Below are positions 35,962 through 49,165 of a stretch of 64,000 nt of DNA, piece by piece (the stretch's first letter is position 1; every line of letters starts with the position of its first letter). Both the position numbers and the translations under genes were made by a program. A model generated the notes under the pieces. It saw nothing but the letters and a program-made list of their open reading frames with translations. It ran no database searches and had not been told where the DNA came from. Location: assembly GCF_009914755.1 (NCBI RefSeq), contig NC_060927.1; one strand, 5' to 3'. The stretch is from the human T2T-CHM13v2.0 reference genome, Homo sapiens.

Positions 35962-37940
35962 AAAAAATAATATCAGCTTTTATTTTAGATTGGGAGGTAT
36001 ATGTGCAGGTTTGTTACATGGGGATACTGTGTGATGCTGAAGTTTGGGATATGAATGATCCTGTCACCTGGGTAGTGAGCAAAGTACCCAAGTTAGTTTT
36101 TCAAATCTTGCCTGCAACCCTCCCTCCCTCCCTCTAATAGTCCCCAGTGTCTATTGTTGCCATCTTTATGTCCACAAATACCCAATACAAGCTTCCACTT
36201 ACAAGTAAGAACATGTGGTAGTTTTCTGTTTCTGTGTTAATTCACTTAGGATAATGGCCTCCAGCTGCATCCATGTTGCTGCAAAGGACATGATTTCGTT
36301 CTTTTTTATGGCTTCATAGTGTTCTATCATGTTTATGTACTACATTTTCTTTATCCAATCCAGTATTGATGGGTACCTAGGTTTATTCCACGTCTTTACT
36401 ATTGTGAATAGTGCCGTGATGAAAATGAGTGCATGTGTCTTTTTGGTAGAGGGATTTATTTTCTTTTGGATATATACCTGGTAATGGGATTTGCTGGATC
36501 GAGTGGTAGTTCTAAGTTCTTTGAGAACTCTCCAAACTACTTTCCACAGTGGCTGAATTAATTTACATTCCCATCGACAGTATATAAGCATTCCCTTTTC
36601 TCTGCAGACTTATCAGCATCTGTTGTTGGTTTTTTTTTGACTTTTTATTAATAGCCATTCTAACTGGTGTGAGATGGTGCCTCATTGTCATTTTGGTCTG
36701 AATTTCTCTAATAATTAGTGATGTTGAGCATTTTTTATATGTTTGATGGTCACTTGTATTAATATGTCTTCTCTTGAGACATATCTGCTTATATTTTTTG
36801 CCCACTTTTTAATGGGGTTACTTGTTTATTGCTTGTTGAGTTGTTTAAGTTCCTTATAAATTCTGGATATCATGACTTTGTCAGATGCATAGTTTGCAAA
36901 TATTTTCTCCCATTTTGTAGGTTGTCTGTCTACTCTGTAGATAGTTTCTTTTGCTGTGCAGAAGCTCTTTAGTTTAATTAGGTCCCATTTGTCAACTTCT
37001 GTTTTTGTTGCAATTGCTTTCAAGGACTTAGTTATAAATTATTTCCCAAGACCGATGTCCAGAATGGTGTTTCCTAGGTTTTCTTCTAGGATTCTTATAG
37101 TTTGAAGTCTTACATTTAAATCTTTAATTCACCTTGAGTTAGGTAAAAAGTATGGATCCAGTTTCATTTTTCTTCATTTTTTTCTTCATATGTCTAGCCA
37201 GCTAACTCAGCACCATTTATTTAATAGGGAGTCCTTTCCCCATTGCTTATTTTTGTTGACCTTGTCAAAGATCAGATAGTTGTAGGTGTGTGGCTCTTTT
37301 TTGGAGTTGTCTATTTTGTTCCTTTGGTTTATGTGTCTGTTTTTGTGCTAGAATCATGCTGTTTTGGTTACTGTAAGTTTGAAATCGGATCATGTCATGC
37401 CTCCAGGTTTGTTATTTTTGTTTAGGATTTCTTTGGCTATTCAGGCTCTTTTTTTGGTTCCATATGAATTTTAGAATAGTTTTTTTCTAATTCTATAAAA
37501 AAACACATTGGTAATTTGATAGGAATAGCAATGAATCTGTTGATTGCTTTGGGCAGTATGGCCATTTTAATGATACTGATTCTTCCAATCCATGAGCATG
37601 GAATATTTTTCCATTTGTTTGTATCATCTCTGACTTCTTTCAGCAGTATTTTGCAGTTCTCCTTGCAGAGATCTTACACCTTATTTAGGTGTATTCCTAG
37701 GTCTTTTCTTTTGTGACTGTTGTAAATGGGAATATATTCTTGGTTTGGCTCTCTGCTTGGACATTATTAATGTATAGAAATGCTATTAATTTTTGTACAT
37801 TAATTTTGTATCCTGAACCTTTACTGAAGTCATTTATTACTTCCAAGAGCCTTTTGGATGGGTCTTTAGGGTTTTCTAGGTATAGAATCATATCAGTGAA
37901 GAGAAATAATTTGACTTCTTAGTTTTCCTATATGAATAAC

Positions 37941-38388
37941 TGCTGGGAAAAAGCTGAGTGTTGGGAAAAAAGCTGAGGCAGGGCTTGCATGTTTGACATA
38001 ATGTCCAGGGCTCAGGGCATAAAACCCCTCGTGGCCTCTGGAATGAGTCCAGACTTGCTGGCTCCTTGCTTCTAGCTTAAACTAGAAGAACATGCTCCCC
38101 ATTATCTCAAGTAGCAGAATATGTTCCATTTGCTTCAAAGGAAATGCTAAACCATCACAGCTGTAGATCATGCGCTTGCACTTTTGATCCCCACATTCTC
38201 ACCACCTGTTTCTTTGTTTGCTCACCAATAAATAGTCTGGGCTTCCAGAGCTCAGAGCCTTTGCAGCCTCCATACTTGCATTGGCCCCCTGGACCCACTT
38301 TCTCTCTCAAACTGTCTTTTCTCATTCCTTTGACTCTGCCGGACTTCATCACCCCCATGACCTGGTGTTGGGTCTGATCACCCCAACA
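37941..38388 (+). mobile_element. LTR14-type (HERV-K14/HML-1) solo LTR nested in L1
   Basis: TG...CA; start 'tgctgggaaaaagctgagtgttggg..aagctgaggcagggcttgcatg', AATAAA, end 'gggtctgatcaccccaaca'. 6-bp TSD AAT[A/G]AC at 37935-37940 and 38389-38394. Confidence 0.85.
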
Positions 38389-41300
38389 AATGACTTTTAT
38401 TTCTTTCTCTTGCCTGATTGGTCTGGCTAGGACTTCCAGTACTATGTCAAACAGAAGTGAGAGTTGGCATCTTGTCTTATTCCAGTTCTTAGGGGAATGC
38501 TCTCAGTTTTTGCCCATTCAGTGTGATATTGGCTGTCAGTTTGTCATAGAGGGCTCTTATTATTTTGAGGTATGTTCCTTTGATGCCTGATTTGCTGAGG
38601 GTTTTCTCATAATGGATTGTTGGATTTTATTAAAGGCTTTTTCTGCATCTATTGAGATAATAATTTTTGTTTTTAATGCTGTTTATGTGGTGAATCCCAT
38701 TTTTTGATTTGCACGTGTTGAATGAACCTTGTATCCTAGGAATGAAGCCTATTGATCATGATGAATTAACTTTTTGATATGCTGCTGGATTCAGTTTCCT
38801 AGTTATTTTGTTGAGGATTTTTTTTGTCTATGTTCATCAGGGATATTGGACTGTGACTTTCTTGTTTTGTTGTACCTTTGCCATATTTTGGTATTAGAGT
38901 GATGCTAGCTGTAATACTAGAAGGTAGCTTTGTAGAATGTATTAGTGGGGAGTCACTCCTCCTCAATTTTTTTGGAATAGTTTCAGTAGAATTGGTACCA
39001 GTTCTTTGTACATCTGGTAGAATTAGGCTATTCATCCATCTGGTCTGGGGCTCTTTTTGATTGGTAGGTTTTTTAAATGATGGATTCAATTTCAGAACTT
39101 GATATTGGTCTCTTCAGGGTTTCTGTTTCTTCCTGATCCAATCTTGAGTGGTTGTGTGTTTCCAGGAATGTATCCATTTCTAGATTTCTAGAAAAGTTTT
39201 TAGAAAATTTCTAGATTTGCTAGTTTGTGTGCACAGAGCTGATCGTAATAGTCTCTGAGGATCTTTTGTATTTCTATGGGATCCATTGTAATGTCATCTT
39301 TGTTGTTTCTGATTGTGCTTATTTGGATCTTTTTTTTTCTTTGTTAATCTAGCTAGCAGCCTATTGATCTTGTTTATCCTTTCAAAAAGCCACTTTTTGT
39401 TTCACTGATACTTGTGTGGACTTTGGCTCTCAATTTCATTCTGTTCTGCTCTGATTTTAGTTATTTCTTTTTTTTTCCTGCTGGTTTTGAGGTTAATTTT
39501 TTTCTGTTTTTCTAGTTCTAGGTGTGATGTTAGATCATGCATTTTAGGTCTTTCTAACTCTTTGAGGTAGGCATTTAGTGCTATAAACTTTCCTCTTAAC
39601 ACTGCTTTTGCTGCATTGCAAAGATTTTGGTATCTTGTGTCTCTGTTTTCATTAAGTTCAAAGAATTTTTTGATTTCTGCCTTAGTTTTGTTGTTTACCC
39701 AAAAGTCATTCAGGAGCAAGTTGTTTAATTTTCATGTAATTATGTGGTTTGGGGAGACCTTCCTGGTATTGATTTCTATTTTTGTTCTGCTATAGTTTAA
39801 GAGTATTCTTGGTATGATTTCAATTTTTTTAAATTTATTGAGACTTGCTTTATGGCTGAGCAAGTGGTCAATCTTGGAGTTATGTTCCGTGAGCAGATGG
39901 GAAGAATGTATATTCTGTGGTTGATGGGTAAAGTGTTTTGTAGATTTCTATTAGGTCAAATTGGTCAGGTATTAAAATTAAGTCTAAAATTTCCTCGTTA
40001 GCTTTTTGCCTCAGTGATCTAATGCTGTCAGTGGGGTATCGTGTGGCTGGCTGAATCTTTTTATAGATCTAGAAGTCACTGTTTTATGAACCTGGGTGCT
40101 CCAATATTAGGTGCGTATATATTTAGAATAGTTAAGTCTTCTTGTTGAATTAAACACTTTATCATTATGTAATGCCCTTCTTTGTTCTTTTTTACTGTTG
40201 CTCATTTAAAGTGTGTTTCATCTGATGTAAGAATACTAACCCCTGTTCTTTTTTGTTTTCCATTTGAATGATAGATTTTTCTTCAGCCTTTACTTGGAGC
40301 CTGTGGGTGTTATGTGTGAGACTCATCTCTTAAAGACAGCAGATGGATGAATCTTTTATTTTTTTTAATCCAACTAGCAAGTCTGTGCCTTTTAAGCGGG
40401 ACATTTAGACCATTTACATGCATGGCTAATATTAACTTGCTGAGGTTTTGATTGTATCATGAAGTTGTTAGCTCTTTGCTTTGTAGTTTTTATTGTATGG
40501 TTGCTTTATGGGGTCTGTGGGATATGTACCTAAGAGTGTTTTTGTGGTAGCAGATATTGTTCTTTTGCTTCCATGTTTATAACTCTCTTATAGATCTCTT
40601 GGAGGGCTGGTTTTATGGTAACGAATTCTCAAGCTCTTAAATATCTGGAAATGATATTTCTCCTTTGCTTTATGAAGCTTAGTTTGATGAAATAGGAAAT
40701 TCATGGTTGGAATTTATTTTCTCTAAGAATTCTAAAAATAGGCCTCCATTTTCTCCTGGCTTACAAGATTTCTGCTGAGAAGTCCACTGTTAGACGGATG
40801 GGGTTCCCTTTGTAAATGATCTGACCTTTTCCTTTAGCTGCCTTTAAGATTTCTGTTTAGTGTTGAGCTTGGATAGTCTGGTGTCTATATGCCTTGGTGA
40901 TGTTCATTTTGTATACTATCTCACGGGTGTCCTCTGGATTTCTTATATCTGGATGCCTATGTCTCTAGCAAGATTAGGAAAATTTTCTTGAATTATTTCC
41001 TTAAATATGTTTTCCAGGTTGTTTATTTTTTCTCCTTCTCTCTCAGGAATACCAGTCACTCACAGGTTTGGTCACTTTATGTAATCCCATATTTCTTAAA
41101 GACTTTGTTGATTTTTAAAGATTCTTTTTTCTTTATTTTTATCTGATTCAAAAGACCAGTCTTCAAGCTCCACAGTTCTTTCTTCTGCTTGGTCTAGTCT
41201 ATTGATAAAGCTTTCAGTTGTATTTTGAAATTCCATAAGTGAGATCTTCAATTCCAGATGATTGACTGATTTCTTTTTAAGATGTTTATTTGTTCCTTCA

Positions 41301-42099
41301 TTTCCTGGATTAATTTAGAAGTTTCTCTGTGTTGATTTTCCACCTTATCTTGGATCTCATTGAACTTCCTTGCAATCCATGCTTTGAATTCTCTCTGTCA
41401 TTTCTGAGTTTCCATTTTGGTTATAGACCATTGCTGGAGAGCTGGTATGATCCTTTAGTAGTGTCACTACATTCAGATTTTTCTGTTTCTTCTTATCTGA
41501 AGATGCCAGTACTTCTAATTTTTGTAATTACTTTCATGCAGGCAGGATTTTTTTCTTTTTCTTTTTTTCCTTATAATATTATTGGTTTTTAAATTTCCAT
41601 TTCCCTCCATATCCCCAGTCCTTAGGGGGTGTGACTATAGAGAATGCTAGGTAGGGTCTTTTGGCTTTGTTTCTATGGCCGTATGCATGTCTTTTGGCAG
41701 GTTTTATATTGAGTGATGCAGTTTAACCTACAAGCCAATAGGTGATGCTTATGAGTAATAGCCAGCTGTGGCTAATGTGGCTGGGTATATACTTGATCCT
41801 TGCTTATGGGGAAAAGCTTTCTCTTGCCTCAGGCAATGGACTACTCTCTGAAGTCCACAGTGGTCTGAGCTCTCTGTTCATCCCTGGGGGGTGGGGGGTG
41901 GGGGGTGGCAGTGGGTGTACAAAATGGGAAGGTCCAAACCTTGCAGATCCACTTACAGGTTCCCTGATGGCAGGCACCAGCACCAGAACTGAGGGAGAAT
42001 CCAATGGACAGCCACCAAGCACCCAAAGGTATGCCTAGGCATGGTGCTGGGAAACCTCCTCAGCCCCTAGTTCTCTGCAGGGGCAGGGTGGTGGTCTAA

Positions 42100-42633
42100 A
42101 TTCCCAATTCAGGAGAGAGTGTGTGCTCCAGATGCCTGTAGTATAGAGGACCCCGCTTCACCATAATCTCTGCACAGGAAAGGTAGGGAGGCTCAGGCTG
42201 GTAATCTATGCATACAGGTTCTCTAACTGCTTGGAGATACATATGGGCATGGTCTGGAGAGGACCCTGCTTCACCACAATCTCTGCACAAGAAGGGTAGG
42301 GCAGCTTAGGCTGCTGATCTGGGTGAATGGGTGTTCTGGCTGCCTAGAGATCTACCTGGGTGGTATCTGAGGAGGCCCTACTGCACAACAGTCTATGCAC
42401 AGGAAGGATAGGGTGGCACAGCCTGCTGGTCTAGGTGAGTGGGTACTCTGAATGCCTAGACATATGCCTGGGGATGTGGCAGAGAAGGCCCTATTGTATC
42501 ATGATCTATACCCAGGAAGCATGGGGCAACTCAGGCTGCTAGTCCAGGCAAGCATGTGCTCTGAATGCCTGGAGTTCTGCCTGTGGGTGGAGTAGAGTCA
42601 GCCCCACTGCACCGCAACCTCAGGGTAACAGGC
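42100..42633. repeat. ~115-bp diverged tandem monomers in the old L1 5'UTR
   Basis: 'tctctgcacaggaa.ggtaggg..g.ctcaggctg' recurs at about 42167, 42281, 42392 and 42505. Confidence 0.75.
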
Positions 42634-42779
42634 TGAAGCACCCAGCAATAACATAGGGAGACTGGTTTCAGGTCACCAAGCTGGCCCTGACTGCAAGTCT
42701 CACCATCCAGGAGAAGGTGCTGCAGTAGCAGCTCTCCTCCTGCCCTGGGCCGGTGACAGGGGAGAGCATAATTCCAACA

Positions 42780-43958
42780 ATAAGTACATGGAAGACTTTA
42801 AGACCTCAAACTATGAAACTACTAAAAGAAAACATTGGGAGAAACTCCCTAGGACATTGGTATGAGCAAATATTTCTTGAGTAAATACCCCAAAGACACA
42901 AGCAACCAAAGCAAAAATGGACAAATGGGATCACATCAAATTAAAAAGCTTCTGCACAGCAAAAAGATACAATCAACAAGGTGAAGAGACACCCACAGAA
43001 TGGGAGAAAATATTTGCAAAGTATCTCTCTGACAAGGAATTAATAACCAGAATATATAAGGAACTCCACTCTATAGGAAAAAATTTAAATAATCCAATTT
43101 AAAATGGGCAAAAGATATAAATAGACATTTCTTAAAAGGAAGACATATAAATGGCAAACAGGTATATGAAAATGTGCTCAACATCATTGATCATCAGAGA
43201 AAATCAAATTAAAACTACAATGAAATATCATCTCACCCTAGTTAAAACGGCTTTTATACAAAAGACATGCAATACAAATGCTAACAAAGATGTGGAGAAA
43301 AGGGAATCTTGTACGCTGTTTGTGGGTAATATGATTTGGATCTGTGTCCCCACCAAATCTCATGTGTAGTTGTAGTCCCCAGTGTTGGAGATGAGGCCTG
43401 GTGGGAGGTGATTAGATCATGGGGGTGGATTTCTAATGAATGGTTTAGCACTATTCTCTTTATGCAGTTCTTCTGATAATGAGTGAATTCTTATGAGATC
43501 TGGTTGTTTAAACATGTGCAGCACCTCCCCCTCATAGTTTCTTGCTCCCAATCCCACCATGTGAGACACCTCACTGCCCCTTTGCCTTCCATCATGACTG
43601 TAAGTTTCTAGAGGCCTCCCCAGAGCCAAGAAGATGCCAGCATCATGTTTCCTGTACAGCTGAAAGAACCATAAGCCAATTAAAACTCTTTTCTTTATAA
43701 ATTACCCAGTCTTAAGTATGTCTTTATAGCAATGTGAGAATGGACAAATACAGTAGGAATGTAAATTAGTACAGCCACTATGGAGAACAGTATGAAGTTT
43801 CCCCAAAAAAAGTAAAAATAGAACTGCCATATGACCCAGCAATCCCACTGTTAGGTATACACTCAAAAGAAGGAATCAGTTTATTGCAGCACTATTCACA
43901 ATATCCAAGATTTGGAAGCAACGTAAGTGTCCATCAACAGCTGAGCAGATAAAGAAAA
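42780..43958 (+). mobile_element. L1MA-type ORF2 3' fragment (inverted relative to 35470-35961)
   Basis: ORF2 C-terminal text ([16 protein letters not shown]; [21 protein letters not shown]). Its right end, reverse-complemented, continues the L1MA that stops at 35961. Confidence 0.88.
43327..43752 (+). mobile_element. MSTA/MSTB MaLR solo LTR nested in L1MA
   Basis: 'atatgatttggatctgtgtccccaccaaatctcatgt...aattacccagtc...gaatggacaaataca'; 5-bp TSD GT[G/A]GG at 43322-43326 and 43753-43757. Confidence 0.9.
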
Positions 43959-43960
43959 GG

Positions 43961-44051
43961 GCCTGTTTCCCTGAGGTTGCGGTGCAGTGGGGCTGTCTCT
44001 ACTCCACCCACAGGCAGAACTCCAGGCATTCAGAGCACATGCTTGCCTGGA
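43961..44051 (+). repeat. Inverted copy of 42543-42633 (89/91 identical)
   Basis: Direct reverse-complement comparison shows 2 mismatches. Confidence 0.95.
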
Positions 44052-44774
44052 AGCTTTCATAGATTCATTTCTTATTTGAGTTGTCCATATTATAGCTTCT
44101 AGTTCCATCTCTCCTTTCCCTGTCCAATCATCTCCAGATGGAACGAAAAAAAGGAAGGGGATTATGTTCATAGAAGTTTAAGGATGCTGCTTTAGCAGAG
44201 GAATTTACCTTCCATTTATTCCTTGATGCCTAAAATCACTAAAATCTTCTTTCAATTGAATGGGTTGTCTCTGGATGGCAGTAGCATCAGGTTATCAGTG
44301 TAAAACAGCATTTTCCAATTCTCCCTCCTAGTGCAGCCAGGCAGAAGACACTGATTGAGAAGAGGTGAGGGAAAGTTGGGTGCTTGTCAAGGGAGGGCTG
44401 GAAGTAAACTACTTCAGAAGGAGGACAGAAGTTGATAAGGGAGCTGGACAGTAGCTAACTGTGAGTGACCCTTCCTCCAGTCAAGCCTCCTTTCTTTCCG
44501 TCTCTGATGATACTGCCACAGACCACCTTCCTCATGATCTTGGATCCCAGTCTCTCCTTAGACACCAAGTGCCTTCCATTCTGATTTTACAATGGCTTTG
44601 GAGGGCTGTGTGAGCTCTTCAATGCCTAAGAACCCTATGCTCTGCTACTCAGGGTTTGTAATGGCTCACCATTACTAACTAACCAGGAGGAATGTGGCTG
44701 GTGATTTGTGATCTTTTTTATTCACAACATTTGTTAACACCACTAGGGTGGGGAGATGGTTGGGATGTTTCTAC

Positions 44775-44888
44775 CAGCAGTGTGATATCATTTGAGATGA
44801 TTTTCTTTTGCTCTTCGGCTAAATGGATGTATCCTGTTTGGAGAGGATGCCTTAATACTACTTTGACCCAAGTTCTGCCTTATGGAGC
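44775..44888 (-). pseudogene. Candidate exon (114 bp)
   Basis: Acceptor cattttcttcag, weak donor CTG|GTAGAA; one frame reads ...WVKVVLRHPLQTGYIHLAEEQKKIISNDITLL. Confidence 0.25.
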
Positions 44889-45013
44889 CTGAAGAAAATG
44901 TCACACCTTTCTGGCTTGCATCACTGGTCATTTTGAGGACAGTTTATCTGTGGTTCTGGCTGTCCTTGGCTGGGGGAAGGGTTCGGAAAAATTCAGAACA
45001 CATTCCTGCTTAC

Positions 45014-45090
45014 TAATATCCCCTTTCTACCCATTTCCTCTCACATTTCTGTTTTGGTGAAGTATTATTAAAATTAAAGCTGAGGATAAC
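45014..45090 (-). pseudogene. Candidate exon (77 bp)
   Basis: Strong acceptor tctttttctctccag, donor TTA|GTAAGC. Confidence 0.35.
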
Positions 45091-45339
45091 CTGGAGAGAA
45101 AAAGAATATACCTGAAAAAGGTGTCAAACAACCCAGAAATCTGTGAAAGGAAAGGGAAGGAGATATTCTGGCACCCCAACACACTTCTTGCTGCGATTGT
45201 GTGAACATGAGCACTTCAGGTCTTACATTTTATGGTCAAGTCCTTACTATTTATTATTTTGTCTTGTCCCTGAAAACTCACAGAAGTTTCATATGACAGT
45301 TTGGGTATTAGTCATAGTCTTATTTTGTATCAGAGAAGA

Positions 45340-45950
45340 ATAAGAATGAAAGCAGGGAGACCAGTTAAAAGCCCACGGTAATAATCTAATTCTAGAGAGG
45401 ATGGTGTCTTGTATCGGGGTGGTTGTAGTGGAGACCAAGGTAAGAAGATAAGTTTAAATATTGTTTTAGATGTGAGAATCTAAAGGATTGCTCATGGATT
45501 TAATGTAAGAAAAGATGGAAAGGGATGAATCAGTGGTAACTCCAATATTTTGGTTGAGCAACAACTGGTTGGGTACTAGTTATTAAGATGAAGAAGACAG
45601 ACTTTTTAGGGGGACCCCACATATACTATGGGTACAGTATACAGAAATTGAGAGTTCTGTTTTAGTCATAAGTGTGAGATGTCTATTAGACATTAAATAG
45701 CTGTGTGAAAATACCAAGTAGGCAGTTGGATACAGGATTTGACTCTCAGTGAAGATATCAGGACCAAAGACAGACATTTGAGAATTATTGGTATGTAGAT
45801 GGCATTTAAAGCCTTAGGAATGGATGTGATCATGCAGGGAGAAGGTGTAGAGGAAGAAGAAAAAAGGGCTTATGTCTGGCCTCCAGCATTGAGAGGTCAA
45901 GCAGAAGAAAAGAAAAGAGAGAGAACTCAGCCATGGAGAAAAATAAAAGA
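45340..45950 (-). mobile_element. L2 fragment
   Basis: 'gaaagcagggagaccagtta...ggattgctcatggatt...tgagatgtctattagacatt...gtaggcagttggata...gatggcatttaaagcc'. Confidence 0.8.
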
Positions 45951-47309
45951 CAACCTAGAACCTGGCAGGTAATGGTAGGTACTATTACAACCCTTACTAC
46001 TGCCACTGTTTTATAATAGAGATAAAATACATAAAATCTCTAATTTCACTTTGCCTTGTTGACATTATCTTTCATTATTCAGTGCCAGCATTTTCATGCA
46101 TGTTCTTTAATTTTCTTATTTGCCTTCACAGTTGAAGGCACAGGCAGCTGGCTTCAGTCCAGTGAGCTTCCAGCTGAGCCCAAAGATTCACTGTTTCCAG
46201 CACACCTAGTGGTTTCCAACTTTGTACCAATTACATTAACTTTATGAGAATTGTGCTTCTAATCTAATTACCTATTCAAACTAGTATTTGCACTTTCATT
46301 TTTACATTTTCCACTCATCTTATAAACCAATCAAGACAAAATGCAGTAAAAGTATTCACATAATTGCACAAATTGCTATATAAAGATGGTGACTGCCAAA
46401 ACGAAATGGGCTGTGAGCAGGCAGTGCCATTGTGTGATAGATTTACATGTTTATTACTCAAGTGAGGCATGAAAATGTGCATATAAAGGCAGTTTTGAGG
46501 GGGTCTATGTATCATCTACAAATGCATTTTTTCCAGAAGTCAAATATGAAAGACAAGACCCAGTTGTATTTTTTCACTGCCAAGTGGACCATCTTCTCTT
46601 TCATATATCTCTCTAGCCCCTTTCTTCACAGAAGCCACAGACTAAGAACTATGGCCCCTTTTTATAGTACTGGGGCTTGATTCAGTAATCAATAGCTCAA
46701 AATATCATTTAGTTGAATAGTCATCTTTCTTAATAAGGAGTTAGAGATTAACAAAAGACGTCACAGATGGTAAGCAACAGACTTGAAGGGAGTCATGCCA
46801 GCCACTAATTACTAAGACATATTTGGAGAGCATTGGTACTTGTCTTAACCCAAAAGCAAGAACTTTCATTACTTCAGGCTTCCTTCCATTTCTACAACAT
46901 TTGAGGCATGGTTTAAAACCAAATACTTTAGCAATTGGCTTGGCTTTCCAAGTATCAGGCCAATTTTAATTCTAAAAAAAGAACTCTTCTTATTCCACAA
47001 GAGATTAAAGAATTTCTTTAATTTCTCCAAGAACTCTATTCCTTCAACTTTGATTTACCTGCCAAATACATACACACATATTTTCCCAGGCAGTGAGTGC
47101 TTACTGATGTACTGTTATTATCAGTGCAGACTTTCTTTTAGATCCTTGTAGTATTCACATTGGCGAAAGAAGCCCTCAAATATACATTAGTGATCCGTTT
47201 GTGAAGGCTGATCATTCATGAGGCTTATTTAATTTTATATATTTGGCTAGATTTAGTAGTGTTTATTTATAGATAGCGGGTGTGAGGTGATGATATCTTG
47301 GTGCTTCAA

Positions 47310-48280
47310 AAACTTGTAAAGGAAAGTTTGTAAGATATGCATCAAAAAGTACACTATAAAGCACAGTACTAGGGTGAACATTTATGAATCCACTCCCTAA
47401 GAGTGAGAACTTTACCAGTGATATCGAAATTTCCTGTGTGCACTTATTCATCTCATTCTCTGCCACCCAGAATATGGTAGACACTTCCTTGAATGTCGTT
47501 TTTCATTTCCTTGATTTTTCTTTTTAAATGTGAAAAACGTGTATTCCTAAGCATTATATTGTTCAGCATTGCTTTTCTGAGCATTATACAAAATAGCATC
47601 AAATTGAATGTAACCTTTCCAAAGTGTCTTTTCTACTCAATATTATGCTTCTAAGATTTGTTCATGTTGTAAGAGTGTAAGAGTCTTGTGGCCCTTCTTT
47701 CTAGCAAACACTAAAACTGATAGACTTCTTCGTTAAAAAAATTAAGTATAAACTGATAACTTGTGGCTCTTAATTTTTATTCTCTCATTTACTTACATTA
47801 GGGCATACTTAAAAAAATCTATGGACCATTTATATTTACTTCTTGGAAACTCCTGTTTATTTCTTTTGTGTGTGTTTTTGTAAATATTGGATTTTTTGCC
47901 TTTAATTTGTTGTGCTTTAAAAATGCTAATTATTTGCCATTTATGGGTGCTGTAATGTCTTCTCCCATTAGTGGCTTATCTTTTCACTTTCTTTATGACA
48001 TCTTTCGGTGAATTAAAGTTCTTAATCTTACCGCAACTGAATTTATCTTTTATGGTTAGAGCTATTTTGTATCTTTTTGTAAAAGATTTTGTAAGAAATT
48101 ATTCTGTATACTGACATCATAAAGAGATCTATATTTATTCTAAAAATGTTATGTTGCCTTTCACATTTAAGTCTTAAAACCATTCAGAATTGATTTTTTC
48201 CTCTGTGATATGAAGTATATGAAATTTGGCTCACATTTTTTTCTTTCTATATGGAAATCTATTATACTGATCTGTCATGC
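47310..48280 (-). mobile_element. Old L1M (L1MC/ME-type) fragment
   Basis: T-rich, decayed L1 3' sequence ('tgcttctaagatttgttcatgttgt', 'cctttcacatttaagtct'). Confidence 0.6.
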
Positions 48281-48284
48281 TAAT

Positions 48285-48395
48285 GGAGAGGCTGGGGTGG
48301 GTGGATCACTTGAGCCCAGGAGTTTGAGATTGCAGTGAGTTATGATTGAGTCATTGCACTGGGTGACAAAGTAAGACCTTGTTTAGAAAAAAAAT
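48285..48395 (+). mobile_element. Alu monomer fragment (FRAM/AluJ-like)
   Basis: 'ggatcacttgagcccaggagtttgagattgcagtgag...ctgggtgacaaagtaagacc'. Confidence 0.8.
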
Positions 48396-48473
48396 GCACA
48401 ACCAGTTGGTTAATTCTAATCAGGATTCAAACAGGGCCTACATATTCCTTATAGTTAATATAGTTGTTAAGCT

Positions 48474-48783
<310 letters not shown>

Positions 48784-49165
48784 TTGTTAAGCTTCTTTTT
48801 TAGAAAAACTTTTATTTTAGGTTTAGGGGTACATGTGAAGATTTGTTATATAGGTAAACTTATATCGCAGGAGTTTGTTGTACAGATTCTTTTGTCACCC
48901 AGGTATTAAGCCTAGTACCCAATAGTTATTTTTTTCTGATCCTCTCCCTCCTCCCACCTTCCATCTTCAAGTAGGCCCCAGTGTCTGTTGCCATGTGTTC
49001 TCATCATTTAGCTCCCACTTATAGGTGATAACATGTAGATTTTTTTCTCTGTTCCTGTGTTAGTTGCTAAGGATGATGGCCTACTGCTCCATCCATGGAC
49101 ATGATCTTATTCTTTTTTATGGCTACATAGTATTCTGTGGTGTATATATACCACATTTTCTTTAT

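Larger units (their letters stand above)
35962..42778 (-). mobile_element. Near full-length older L1 (L1PA15/16-L1PB-like)
   Basis: 3'UTR, decayed ORF2 and ORF1 fragments (ORF track: [35 protein letters not shown]), GC-rich 5'UTR. Confidence 0.9.

Noticed and set aside
41886-41908. G-run cluster (G-quadruplex potential)
   Set aside because: Short G-rich tract inside a decayed L1; no evidence of function.
42100-42633. Regularly spaced repeats suggestive of a CRISPR-like array
   Set aside because: Diverged tandem monomers of an old L1 5'UTR in eukaryotic DNA; no unique spacers and no cas genes.
46132-46161. Plus-strand 30-nt microexon (ttgccttcacag...CCA|GTGAGC)
   Set aside because: Isolated, with no convincing plus-strand partner exons; may be chance.
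46319-46410. Minus-strand exon with donor decayed to ATGAGT
   Set aside because: Needs an assumed mutation and has only a moderate acceptor; too weak to list as a feature.
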